Position numbers and translations under genes: made by a program. A stretch of DNA of 64,000 bases, from contig CAZYTL010000003.1 in the NCBI GenBank assembly GCA_964650355.1, positions 65,750 to 129,749 on the forward strand. The letters are read 5' to 3'. This DNA comes from an uncultured Gammaproteobacteria bacterium. GTDB lineage: Bacteria > Patescibacteriota > Microgenomatia > CAYXHB01 > CAZYTL01. A model generated the notes under the pieces. That model saw only the letters and a program-made list of their open reading frames with translations, was not told the origin of the DNA and did not search any database. Positions within the stretch are counted from its first letter, which is position 1; the number at the start of each line of letters is the position of its first letter. Of this stretch, positions 27,187 through 36,418 are shown piece by piece.

Positions 27187-27324
27187 TTGGAGGTCTCCTT
27201 TCGAAGCGTATACGGCCACCCCTTTCGGGACAGCCAAGACCAATCACGAGAAGCTAGAGACAAAGTCAGTAATCAGGTAATTGATAATAATTAATCGTAA
27301 TTCATTGACAATCACTCCTAACAA

Positions 27325-27357
27325 CCAATTACTTAATTACCAATTACTACTGATTAC
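27325..27357. repeat. intergenic ATTAC-unit repeat CCAATTACTTAATTACCAATTACTACTGATTAC upstream of PBP1A-like paralog 1
   Basis: Seen directly. Confidence 0.65.
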
Positions 27358-27629
27358 AACCTCTTATCCCCAACTTCCCATGATCGGTCACTTCTTCCAG
27401 ACAGCCTCCATTCAGCCCCTTGATATTCCTGATTTTCAAAGTACTTTCCTAACCTATCTGAACTTCCAACGCATTGTCAGAATCCAAATGGTTAAGAAAT
27501 CGGCTTAGCCTCACGACTAAACCCAAACATCAATACTCTACCAGAGTTGAACCTAAATGTCAATACTATAAGACGGTCCACTATCTTCCCCTCGCCTCAA
27601 ATTTCCTAACCGTGTACAATATACCAACT

Positions 27630-30404
27630 ATGGCAAAACCCTCCTCCCGGTCTCCAAAATCCAAACCCTCACTACCTCGTTCTCAACACTCCGTCTCAAA
27701 CCATCGCTCACCGCGACGGTCACCCCGTCGTCCTAAAAAACCCCAAAAATTCTTCTCCCGCCAGTCATCCCGTACTCAAACATCTACCCGCATCCTCAAA
27801 CTGCTCCCCACCACTAAAAGCTTCGCTCAAGTCATTAAAAAGATCCCCTTTCCCTCTTTCTCCCTTTCCTCCTTCATAACTAACCTTTTTAACTACCTTC
27901 GCAGATTTTCCCCTCAACTAAAACCCCGTTCGCCTCGTCGTCAGCAGCCCACTCCCTCCCACCCCCGAACCCGACCCCAACCCTTCTCATCGCTGCTCAA
28001 GCTTTCCACCTTCAAATCCAAACTCATTGCCTTGGCTCTTATCCTTATCTTGTCCACCGCTCTTTCCACCTATTGGTTCGTCCTCCGTGACCTCCCTTCC
28101 CCCAATAAACTCTCCACAAATCCCTACCCTACCTCCACCCTCATCTACGACCGCCACGGTCAACTACTTTACGAAATCTATGCTGATCAGAACCGCATCC
28201 CCGTCAAACTCGACCAACTCCCCGATTACCTCATCCAAGCCACCATCGCCATCGAAGACAAAGACTTCTATCACCACCACGGTCTTTCCTTCACTGGCAT
28301 CCTCCGCGCTCTCTATAAAAACTCCAAATTCACCCTCTGTCAAATAACCACTCGAAACTGTCAACTCAACTTTCAAGGGGGCTCCACCATCACCCAACAA
28401 TTAGTCAAAAACACCCTCCTTACTCCCCGCCGTACCATCCAACGCAAAGTCAAAGAAGCTCTCCTCACCCTCGCAGTCGAAACCCGCTATTCCAAGGACC
28501 AGATACTGGAAATGTACCTTAACCATGTTCCCTATGGTGGTACCGCCTACGGTATCGAATCCGCCTCCCAAACTTACTTTTCCAAACATGCTTCCCAACT
28601 CTCCATGGCCGAAGCCACCATTCTTGCCGGCCTCCCTGCTGCCCCTACTACCTACTCTCCCTTCGGTGTCGACCCCCACGCCTACAAAACCCGCCAGCAA
28701 CTAGTTCTTAACCGCATGGTAGAAGACCATTACATCACGTCTGAACAAGCCCAACAAATACTCAACACTCCCGTTCAATTTCAACCTCAGTCCAACCTCG
28801 TCCACGCTCCTCACTTTGTTCTCTGGATCAAAGACCTCCTGGTGGCTAAATACGGCCAACAGATAGTCGAACAAGGGGGCCTCCGTGTCTACACCTCTTT
28901 GGACCTTGATCTCCAGGAATACGCCCAACAAACCGTATCCGACCAAATCCAGGACCTCACCAACTACCACGTCACCAACGGCGCCGTCCTCATCACTCAA
29001 CCTTCTACCGGCCAAATCCTGGCCATGGTCGGTTCAGCTGATTACTTCAACACCAAAAACGACGGCAACGTCAACCTTACCCTTCGTTACCGACAACCCG
29101 GATCATCCATCAAACCCCTTAACTACGTTCTCGGCATTGACTCCGGAAACCTTTTTGCTTCGTCTCTCCTCGCCGACCTCCCCACTTGCTTTAGCGTCAC
29201 TGGCCAGGCTCTCTACTGCCCGGTCAACTACGATGGTCAATTCCACGGTCCGGTCCAAGCCCGTTACGCTCTTGCCAACTCCTACAACATTCCAGCCGTC
29301 CGGGTACTCGCTAAAAATGGCATCCAAAACTTTATCGCTACCGCCTCAGCCATGGGTATCACCGGCTGGGATGACCCTTCCCACTACGGGCTCTCCCTCA
29401 CCCTCGGAGGCGGAGATGTCCGCATGGTAGACATGGCCGTCGCCTATGGCACCCTAGCCAATCTTGGCCAAAGAGTCGATCTCAACCCCATCCTCAAAGT
29501 CTCCACTCACACCGGCGAAATTCTTGAAGAAAACTACTGCCCTCCTCTTGACCTCTCTCAAATCATCGCCACCTCATCTCCAGACAATACCGAAACCCAA
29601 AACCCAACCACTGAAAACACCCCCACATCGACGGAATCCGTATCAGAAAATCTTAATCAAACTGACAACTGCCACAACACCTCCGTCCTCTCCCCTGCTG
29701 CCGCCTACATCGTTAATCAAATCCTCTCTGATTCCTCAGCCCGAGCCCCTACCTTTGGCTCTAACCTTAACATCTCCGACCACCCTGAAGTCGCCGTAAA
29801 AACCGGCACCACCAACGACCTTCGCGACAACTGGACCATCGGCTACACTCCCAACTACCTCATCACCACCTGGGTCGGCAATTTTGACAACTCCCCCATG
29901 TCTCACATCGCCTCCGGTATCACCGGTGCTGCTCCCATCTGGAAACAAATCATGACTTACCTCTTAAACGACTACCATCCAGATACTACCGTAGAGGCGA
30001 ACCCCAGTGTAAGTCCTCCAGAAGAGCAGACCCCCACGTCTACTCCAACTAATTACCAATTACTCACTACCGATTATTCAAACGGTTGGCCTCGTCCAGA
30101 TGACGTCGTCGACCTCCCCGTCTGTGTCGAAGACGGCTTGTCTGTCTCCCCAGACCCCAACGCTCCCTGCACCCCTCGGCCGGAAATCTTTATCAAAGAC
30201 CGCATTCCCCAACACCACACCAATTCCCGCCGTCCCTGGCCTATCGACAAAACCACCGGTCAACCCGCCATTGACCGCACTCCGTTGGAAAACGTCGAAA
30301 TGCAGGACAGAACCATCTACTTCGACGTCCTCGGCACCGCCATCTGCGTCGACTGCACCCCACCAGAAGATCCTGTTATCATCAAGTACCCTCTAACCGA
30401 GTAA
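27630..30404 (+). CDS. bifunctional penicillin-binding protein 1A-like (GT51 transglycosylase + transpeptidase) with ~190-aa S/P/R-rich N-terminal extension
   Basis: GT51 motifs IAIEDKDFYHHHG and GGSTITQQLVKN. Transpeptidase motifs SSIKP, SYN and KTGT. The track ORF starts at 27474; MAKPSS at 27630 is the likelier start. Confidence 0.85.
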   Translation: MAKPSSRSPKSKPSLPRSQHSVSNHRSPRRSPRRPKKPQKFFSRQSSRTQTSTRILKLLPTTKSFAQVIKKIPFPSFSLSSFITNLFNYLRRFSPQLKPRSPRRQQPTPSHPRTRPQPFSSLLKLSTFKSKLIALALILILSTALSTYWFVLRDLPSPNKLSTNPYPTSTLIYDRHGQLLYEIYADQNRIPVKLDQLPDYLIQATIAIEDKDFYHHHGLSFTGILRALYKNSKFTLCQITTRNCQLNFQGGSTITQQLVKNTLLTPRRTIQRKVKEALLTLAVETRYSKDQILEMYLNHVPYGGTAYGIESASQTYFSKHASQLSMAEATILAGLPAAPTTYSPFGVDPHAYKTRQQLVLNRMVEDHYITSEQAQQILNTPVQFQPQSNLVHAPHFVLWIKDLLVAKYGQQIVEQGGLRVYTSLDLDLQEYAQQTVSDQIQDLTNYHVTNGAVLITQPSTGQILAMVGSADYFNTKNDGNVNLTLRYRQPGSSIKPLNYVLGIDSGNLFASSLLADLPTCFSVTGQALYCPVNYDGQFHGPVQARYALANSYNIPAVRVLAKNGIQNFIATASAMGITGWDDPSHYGLSLTLGGGDVRMVDMAVAYGTLANLGQRVDLNPILKVSTHTGEILEENYCPPLDLSQIIATSSPDNTETQNPTTENTPTSTESVSENLNQTDNCHNTSVLSPAAAYIVNQILSDSSARAPTFGSNLNISDHPEVAVKTGTTNDLRDNWTIGYTPNYLITTWVGNFDNSPMSHIASGITGAAPIWKQIMTYLLNDYHPDTTVEANPSVSPPEEQTPTSTPTNYQLLTTDYSNGWPRPDDVVDLPVCVEDGLSVSPDPNAPCTPRPEIFIKDRIPQHHTNSRRPWPIDKTTGQPAIDRTPLENVEMQDRTIYFDVLGTAICVDCTPPEDPVIIKYPLTE
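30045..30079. repeat. CCAACTAATTACCAATTACT repeat, in-frame in PBP1A-like paralog 1 (PTNYQLLTTDYS)
   Basis: The 20-mer is identical to 55853-55872. Related copies are at 27325-27357 (intergenic) and 25371-25440 (intergenic). Confidence 0.7.
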
Positions 30405-30411
30405 ATAAACC

Positions 30412-31548
30412 CTACTCCAGCAATTTAGGTAAATTTACCAGTGCCTCTTCTACCGGAATAATTTCAATCTTTCCCTCCCTCATCGCCCGCTTGCCTCCGT
30501 AAATTAAATAACCCTTGGCCTCAGGATAGTCTTTAAGAAAAAGTTTTAAACCCTTAACCGCCTCAGCAGACAACCGTCGCGACCTTTTAACTTCAAACGC
30601 GCACAAGCCTCTTTCCCCGTATGCCACAAAATCCACTTCCACACCGGTAGCCGTTCGATAATAATAAAATTTATACCCCAAATCCAAATTATCATTAACC
30701 GCCCGCAAATTTTGATAAACCAGATTCTCCAAGGCTATTCCCTCAATTTCTTCCGGTTTATCCAACGGTCCTGCCGGCCTAATCGCCCGATATACTCCGC
30801 TATCAAAAAAGTGAAATTTCGGGTGAACAGTTAACCTTCTTTTCGCCTTCTTGCTAAAAACAGGTACCTTCACTCCTACCAGTAAATCTTCCAAAATCGT
30901 AAAATAATTCTCCACTACCTTTCTCTCTATCGCTGCTTCACGGCCTACGGCTGAAGTATTCAATACCGAGCCCACCGAAAAACTCGCCGTTTCTAAAAAC
31001 CTGGAAAACGCGGCCAAGTTTCTGGTTAAACCTTCCTGAAAAATCTCCTGTTCTAAATAAATCTGAATATAACTCTGTAAATACTTCCCCGGATCCTCTT
31101 CCTGATTAATTGACGGCAGGCACCCAAACCGCAAAGCCGAATCCAAGTCAAAATCTTCAGCCAATTCTATGGCTGTCAGCGGATACATAAACAAGGTCAA
31201 AGCTCTCCCGGCCAATAAATTCTGCCCCCCCTTTCTTAATTTACGGGCATTAGAACCAGTCAAAATAAACTTCCAATGCGCACCTTCAATCAATCGGTGA
31301 ATTTCATTCAGTAATTCTGGGACTCTTTGAATCTCATCCACAATGATATAATCCTCGTGCCCCGCAGGGATATAATTCATCAATCTCTGAGGGTCAGCCA
31401 GTAAAGCATTAAACACTTCCGCCTCCAAAAGATCTAAATATACCGCCTTGGGAAAGGTAGTCTTCACCCAAGTCGTCTTCCCTGTACCCCGGGGCCCAAA
31501 AAGAAAAAAACTTTTATTCTCTGGCGGTTTAAGCAATCTGGAATACAT
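30412..31548 (-). CDS. AAA+ ATPase (AAA_14 + DUF4143-type)
   Basis: Walker A FGPRGTGKTT. Walker B IIVDEIQ. Length and architecture typical of the family. Confidence 0.7.
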   Translation of the reverse strand: MYSRLLKPPENKSFFLFGPRGTGKTTWVKTTFPKAVYLDLLEAEVFNALLADPQRLMNYIPAGHEDYIIVDEIQRVPELLNEIHRLIEGAHWKFILTGSNARKLRKGGQNLLAGRALTLFMYPLTAIELAEDFDLDSALRFGCLPSINQEEDPGKYLQSYIQIYLEQEIFQEGLTRNLAAFSRFLETASFSVGSVLNTSAVGREAAIERKVVENYFTILEDLLVGVKVPVFSKKAKRRLTVHPKFHFFDSGVYRAIRPAGPLDKPEEIEGIALENLVYQNLRAVNDNLDLGYKFYYYRTATGVEVDFVAYGERGLCAFEVKRSRRLSAEAVKGLKLFLKDYPEAKGYLIYGGKRAMREGKIEIIPVEEALVNLPKLLE

Positions 31549-31842
31549 AATTCCATTTTACACACACTTCTGGAATTGTCAACTCCAAAAAACACCGCAA
31601 ACAGCCTCAAAAAGGAAATCTCACCCTTAAATAACTCCCTCTTCCCGCCTCCTAGACAGATTACACTCCCCCCCAAAAACCCCATCATCATCAAGTACCC
31701 CTTATCCGAATAGAACTGTTTACCTTTCAAGACCCTTCACTAAAACCGCATCAATCGCTCATTAAACTGCTATCTCCACCCATCATTACCTTTACTCCAG
31801 AACTTACTCTCATTATTTTGAAGCTCGTAAATACTTACTCAG

Positions 31843-32352
31843 TTAACTTTCGGAAGGCGTTTCAACCAACCAGTCCTTATCTATTATCTCGCGGGCAAGT
31901 ACTTTAGGATCAGGACAAAAAGCATCAGTATCTCCCTCTCGAGTAACTAAACCTCTCTTTCTACATTCCCTTTCCACCTCTCCCATACTATAAAGAATGT
32001 CCCAAGTCATGGATGGGACTCTCTTCTCAGCTACTTTTTTTGCTAGGCGATAATTTAAAACCAATAATCCTTCACCCAATGACCTAGGGCGAGGCGTTCT
32101 CCCAGAATCACAGGCAAAACTCAAAACCATTTGAGCCGCTCTCTCAACTCTCCTCAAATCTCCCTTGTCATAACGCGAACCACCCTCACTAATCTCTCGT
32201 GCTATCTTTAATCTAGCTAAAAAATTAGCCGATTCCAGACCTATTCCTGATCCGCCTTCATCCAGATCACCTCTCAGTGCTTGCTCAAGCATCGATGTCC
32301 GTACCAATTTCTCCTCATCAACACTCCTCTCACGTTCTGTACTCACATCCAA
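31843..32352 (-). CDS. hypothetical protein (island gene 3)
   Basis: 169-aa ORF with no motif. Lies within the compositionally distinct segment 31800-34700. Confidence 0.4.
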   Translation of the reverse strand: MDVSTERERSVDEEKLVRTSMLEQALRGDLDEGGSGIGLESANFLARLKIAREISEGGSRYDKGDLRRVERAAQMVLSFACDSGRTPRPRSLGEGLLVLNYRLAKKVAEKRVPSMTWDILYSMGEVERECRKRGLVTREGDTDAFCPDPKVLAREIIDKDWLVETPSES

Positions 32353-32378
32353 AAGCTCCTAGAATTAAAATAATTATC

Positions 32379-32660
32379 TCAACTGATCCCCAAAAATTCC
32401 TTCTGATACTCAAGACGATTATTCCTAAACTCTGTCAGCAAGTTAATTAATTCCGTGTCCCCTGCTGCAATTGCTGCATTCTCTAACCGTTCGTATTCCT
32501 TATCTAAAAACTCATTCAGTTCTTCAAAGGCCTCAAAATCACCAACCTTACCCTGCTTCAAATCATCAAGCAAAGAAAGATATTTGACTTTGCTAGCCTC
32601 CTCAAGCAGTTCAGAGTTGTTAATTATCTCTCTGAGTGGTTGGTAAATGTCATCATTCAT
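32379..32660 (-). CDS. hypothetical small acidic helical protein (island gene 2)
   Basis: 93 aa, E/L/N-rich. Confidence 0.4.
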   Translation of the reverse strand: MNDDIYQPLREIINNSELLEEASKVKYLSLLDDLKQGKVGDFEAFEELNEFLDKEYERLENAAIAAGDTELINLLTEFRNNRLEYQKEFLGIS

Positions 32661-32680
32661 ATATACTGCATTATATTATA

Positions 32681-34444
32681 CTAACGTCTTCCAGAAAGCC
32701 GACTCACGGCTCCCCTAAATTGATCAGTAAATGACAGGGCCCCCGCCAATATACCTCCCGCAGCAGCTAACTTTTTAATCACCTGTGCTTGTTGCATCAA
32801 CTCATCAGCTCTCTCTGGACCTAGCTCCTTTAGTTTATCAAGATGAGCTGCTTGCTTCAATGCTTCTACCAATAAAGCCGATTTATCTCCTAATTGCGTT
32901 GCCATTACTTCTCCATACTGCGCAGCATGCTCCGCAACGTAATTCTGTAGTTGGTTTACATCAACACCCAATGTACTTGTTAACTGATCGATAGATCTCC
33001 ACAGAGCCGTACTTTTTTCTGGCGCTTCCAAAATCGCCTGTGCTTCTAGTCTTCTAGGTCTCACTCCTACATAATTGGCAACACCTAAAACAATACCACA
33101 AGCTACGACAGCCTCAGCACCTCTAACCCCCGTCTCTGCCAAAGAAGATTTCAATTTCCCAGACCTCACCCCATCTGCCACTAACAACCCATTTATCCTC
33201 GCGTCAACATTTCCCAGCAGGGCCGTCCTGAGTTCATCGTTGGCCTCTAACGATTTCACCAGGGTCTGCACGCGATTAACATCTTCAGGATTAACTTCCT
33301 GCAATTGACTCCTTATCTGCCTTTCCACTTCTTCGCACTCCACCAACTTGGCAAAAAGCTCGCTTCTTTCCTCACCTTCTTCTTCCTCTGGCACCAATTC
33401 CATGTCAATCTGGCGCTCTTCTCCTTCACCAGTAACCATAATACGACAACCTAAAGCTTCCTCTACAGACTGCCTACCAACATGTTTAAATGCCCATCTT
33501 CTTAACGGATCTACTAACTCATCTTCATGCTCTGCCTCATAAGAACTCAGACCCTCCTCAGTTAAAAACTCATTGCTCAAGGGTTTCTTTGTCAATCCGG
33601 GTTTCTCAATTAATACTCTCACTTTGTCAGCCGCCGCAGTCACCGCTTCTGGTGAGTTGCCTTCTCTCTCCAAATCGCTTCTTAAGTTTTCAACCAGCTG
33701 TTCACTGCTTCTAGCAATTTGCAGATTCCTTCGATCTTGTTGACCGTCAACTGTAGCTGTGAAATTACCTTCTTTGCCCACAAAAACATCAGAGCCCACA
33801 ATCTCGTCCATCCTCCTCGCCAAACTAATTTCCTTTTTATCTATAGCCTCTTGAACTTGCCGCAAAACCTCGCCCTGCTGCATTACCCCTTCCCTTAAAG
33901 GTAATTCTACCGCCGCTTGTTCAATCACCCGTCTGGCTGCCTCCACCCTAGCTGCATGATAAAATGGCATCTCTTCCTCTACTTGTTTAAGAAATTTTAC
34001 CGCCGCTTGTACTTCTGCCAGTTGCTTCGAAGCTTCTCTATGTACTCCTCGGTTTTCTAACTCCTGCCCGAGTTCTCCAAGCACATCGCCTGCTCGTATT
34101 TCCTTTCTTCTTTCAATTGCCGCCGCAATTTTACCCTTTGCCTCCTTTAACTGCGTATCTGCTTCAGCCTGGGATGCCAGTATCGCCTGTCCCACCCCAC
34201 TAATTCCTCTATCAAAGTTGCCCCTTTCCGGGCGTGAAATATTGTCTCCTTGACCCAGCAATGACCAATGCACTCTGTCCATCTCATCAAGATCTTCAAT
34301 CCTTTTCGTAACCTTTGCCAATTCAACCCTGCCTTCTCTTTCATCCCTTCTCGCTTCTTTTTTCTTTCTCCGTGCTTCCTTGAACGGTTTTAATAAATCT
34401 GGCCTGGTCGTTTCTACCGTACCTTCCAAGCCTGCAGCAATCAT
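32681..34444 (-). CDS. hypothetical large coiled-coil protein (island gene 1)
   Basis: 587 aa, heptad-like E/R/K/Q/A-rich segments. One hydrophobic stretch AVVACGIVLGVANYVGV. No catalytic motif. Confidence 0.45.
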   Translation of the reverse strand: MIAAGLEGTVETTRPDLLKPFKEARRKKKEARRDEREGRVELAKVTKRIEDLDEMDRVHWSLLGQGDNISRPERGNFDRGISGVGQAILASQAEADTQLKEAKGKIAAAIERRKEIRAGDVLGELGQELENRGVHREASKQLAEVQAAVKFLKQVEEEMPFYHAARVEAARRVIEQAAVELPLREGVMQQGEVLRQVQEAIDKKEISLARRMDEIVGSDVFVGKEGNFTATVDGQQDRRNLQIARSSEQLVENLRSDLEREGNSPEAVTAAADKVRVLIEKPGLTKKPLSNEFLTEEGLSSYEAEHEDELVDPLRRWAFKHVGRQSVEEALGCRIMVTGEGEERQIDMELVPEEEEGEERSELFAKLVECEEVERQIRSQLQEVNPEDVNRVQTLVKSLEANDELRTALLGNVDARINGLLVADGVRSGKLKSSLAETGVRGAEAVVACGIVLGVANYVGVRPRRLEAQAILEAPEKSTALWRSIDQLTSTLGVDVNQLQNYVAEHAAQYGEVMATQLGDKSALLVEALKQAAHLDKLKELGPERADELMQQAQVIKKLAAAGGILAGALSFTDQFRGAVSRLSGRR

Positions 34445-34719
34445 CTCTGTCTGTCCGTCTAAGAGGGGAAGTACATATCCAAGACTCGACTGTATATAAA
34501 AAGAAACTTACCCTCATTTAAATGCTCTCCAATCGCCTCTCGTCCTAACCTAGTTAACTCTTTAGGTAAAGTAACGGCTTCGCGATTAGTATCTCCTGAA
34601 GGTCCCGTTTCATCCATATTAAGGGCTTATTATAGCTCAGCTCCTCTAGCATAGCATAGAGTCTTTTCGTACACAATAGTCATTTCTACTTTTTATACAA
34701 AATCCGTTAAAATAGCCTT

Positions 34720-36069
34720 ATGCTAAAAAAAATCCTTTTCCTTACCATTCCCCTCTTTCTCCTTCTTCTCCTCATTCCCGTCAAGCTCGCCTATGACCAA
34801 TTTACCCAACCAGTCACTTTCGTGTCTCCCGAAAGCTCTCGTGTCCTCTCTGCCTCCACCGATAAACTAGCTAACAGCTATCAGCTATCAGCTAACAACT
34901 ATGTAATCCTCGGTTTCCTCCCCTATTGGCTTCTCAACCAAGCCGATTACCTTCAATACGACAAGCTCACCCATATCGCCTACTTTGGTATTGAATACGA
35001 CGAGCAAGCTCAACTCCTCACCAAACTTCCTGACGGTAGCCAAGAACTCGGTAACTATCGTCTGGGCCAAAACACCCTCTCCCATGTCATCCGTCTGGCT
35101 CGAGAGAACCAGACCCAACCCATCTTAACCGTCAAAATCCTCAACAACGAAGGTATCCAAGCCGCTGTCGCTCCTCAAAACCGTGCCTCAGTCATTGCCC
35201 ATCTCATCCAAACCATGCAACAACACAACTTCACCGGCCTTAACATCGACTTCGAATATATCCATGAGCCCACCGTCGAAACCCAAACCCAATTCACCCA
35301 ATTCATTAAAGAGCTCCGTCAACAACTTCAGCCAAAGGCTGATCAGCCTCTGGCTGACAATAACTATCAGCTATCAGCCAACAGCTATCAACTAAGTTTA
35401 GACATCTACCCCGACACTGCCGCCAAACAATCCCAACGCCTCTGGCAGCTTACCGACCTGGCCCCTTACGTTGACTACTTCATCGTCATGGGTTACGATT
35501 TCCACCGTACCACCTCTCCTCAAGCCGGGCCTGTTGCTCCCATCCACGGCGCGCCCCAACGCTGGGAAGAAGACCTCAGCACCAGTCTCGCTCAGATTTC
35601 CCAACTGGCTCCTCCTAACCAAATCATCCTCGGTGTCCCCTACTACGGTTATGAATGGACTACCTACACCAACCAGCCCAACTCCGCCACCCTCACCAAG
35701 TCTGGCCAGCTCGCCTCCTATTCTCGCATCAAAGACACCTTCCCCGATTGCCTCAATCCCCAAAACTCTCAATTATCTTTCCCATACTCAATACCTGCCC
35801 GCAATGCTTCGCAAAGCGATGCAGGCGGGCCAAATACTAAATACGAAATACTGAGCTGTGCTCTAGATCCCGACGCCCTTTCTCCCTACCTCATCTATAA
35901 AGACGGCCGCCACTACCAGCAAATCTGGTTTGAAAACCCTCAATCACTTAAACAAAAATACCAACTCGTCAAACAAGCCGGCCTGGCCGGCATCGCCATT
36001 TGGGCCTTAGGCTATGACGCTCCTCACCCTGACCTCTGGAACCTCATCGACCAGGAATTCCACAACTAG
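34720..36069 (+). CDS. glycoside hydrolase family 18 (chitinase-like) domain protein, secreted
   Basis: Signal/TM at the N-terminus. GH18 catalytic motif LNIDFEY (DxxDxDxE). Contains two in-frame copies of the AGCTATCAGCT repeat (peptide N/SYQLSAN). Confidence 0.65.
   Translation: MLKKILFLTIPLFLLLLLIPVKLAYDQFTQPVTFVSPESSRVLSASTDKLANSYQLSANNYVILGFLPYWLLNQADYLQYDKLTHIAYFGIEYDEQAQLLTKLPDGSQELGNYRLGQNTLSHVIRLARENQTQPILTVKILNNEGIQAAVAPQNRASVIAHLIQTMQQHNFTGLNIDFEYIHEPTVETQTQFTQFIKELRQQLQPKADQPLADNNYQLSANSYQLSLDIYPDTAAKQSQRLWQLTDLAPYVDYFIVMGYDFHRTTSPQAGPVAPIHGAPQRWEEDLSTSLAQISQLAPPNQIILGVPYYGYEWTTYTNQPNSATLTKSGQLASYSRIKDTFPDCLNPQNSQLSFPYSIPARNASQSDAGGPNTKYEILSCALDPDALSPYLIYKDGRHYQQIWFENPQSLKQKYQLVKQAGLAGIAIWALGYDAPHPDLWNLIDQEFHN
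34869..34898. repeat. AGCTATCAGCTATCAGCT repeat, in-frame in the GH18 gene (ANSYQLSANNY)
   Basis: Seen directly. Confidence 0.7.
35337..35392. repeat. composite element GGCTGATCAGCC-TC-TGGCTGA + AACTATCAGCTATCAGCC...AGCTATCAACT, in-frame inside the GH18 gene
   Basis: Perfect 12-bp palindrome GGCTGATCAGCC, immediately followed by AGCTATCAGCT-type repeats. Encodes KADQPLADNNYQLSANSYQLS. Confidence 0.75.
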
Positions 36070-36074
36070 ACCAA

Positions 36075-36344
36075 TCAGGTCTTCGACTTCCTTTTTAGCT
36101 TATAAATTAGACGCCATCCCAAATATAAAACTAACAAAACCACTAATCCTGACAAAAAATAGATAGAAACACATGATTGTTTCGTAAATTTACCTGTAGA
36201 AAAAGTTTCATCAAAAATATTCCAAAAACCACAATAACATTTCTCTACAAACTTTTCCGAGGCAACTTTAACATAGATGCCACCTAAACTCTGACAATTA
36301 ACTCTTCTCAAAATATCACCATAATAAGGCATTCGATAATCCAT
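36075..36344 (-). CDS. small hypothetical membrane protein
   Basis: 89-aa ORF with one C-terminal TM helix. Weak. Confidence 0.25.
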   Translation of the reverse strand: MDYRMPYYGDILRRVNCQSLGGIYVKVASEKFVEKCYCGFWNIFDETFSTGKFTKQSCVSIYFLSGLVVLLVLYLGWRLIYKLKRKSKT

Positions 36345-36418
36345 GAATTAATCTTAAACTGATTTGACAAAACTTAGCAATACTAACCTCTCTCGTTCTC
36401 TGCCCGCAAACATCCTCT

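Noticed and set aside
26395-27294. Long plus-strand ORFs (299, 204, 90 aa) overlapping the GC-rich minus-strand gene.
   Set aside because: They are R/G-rich antisense ORFs typical of high-GC DNA with no start context. The minus-strand ORF has an SD, a signal anchor and domain-like organisation.
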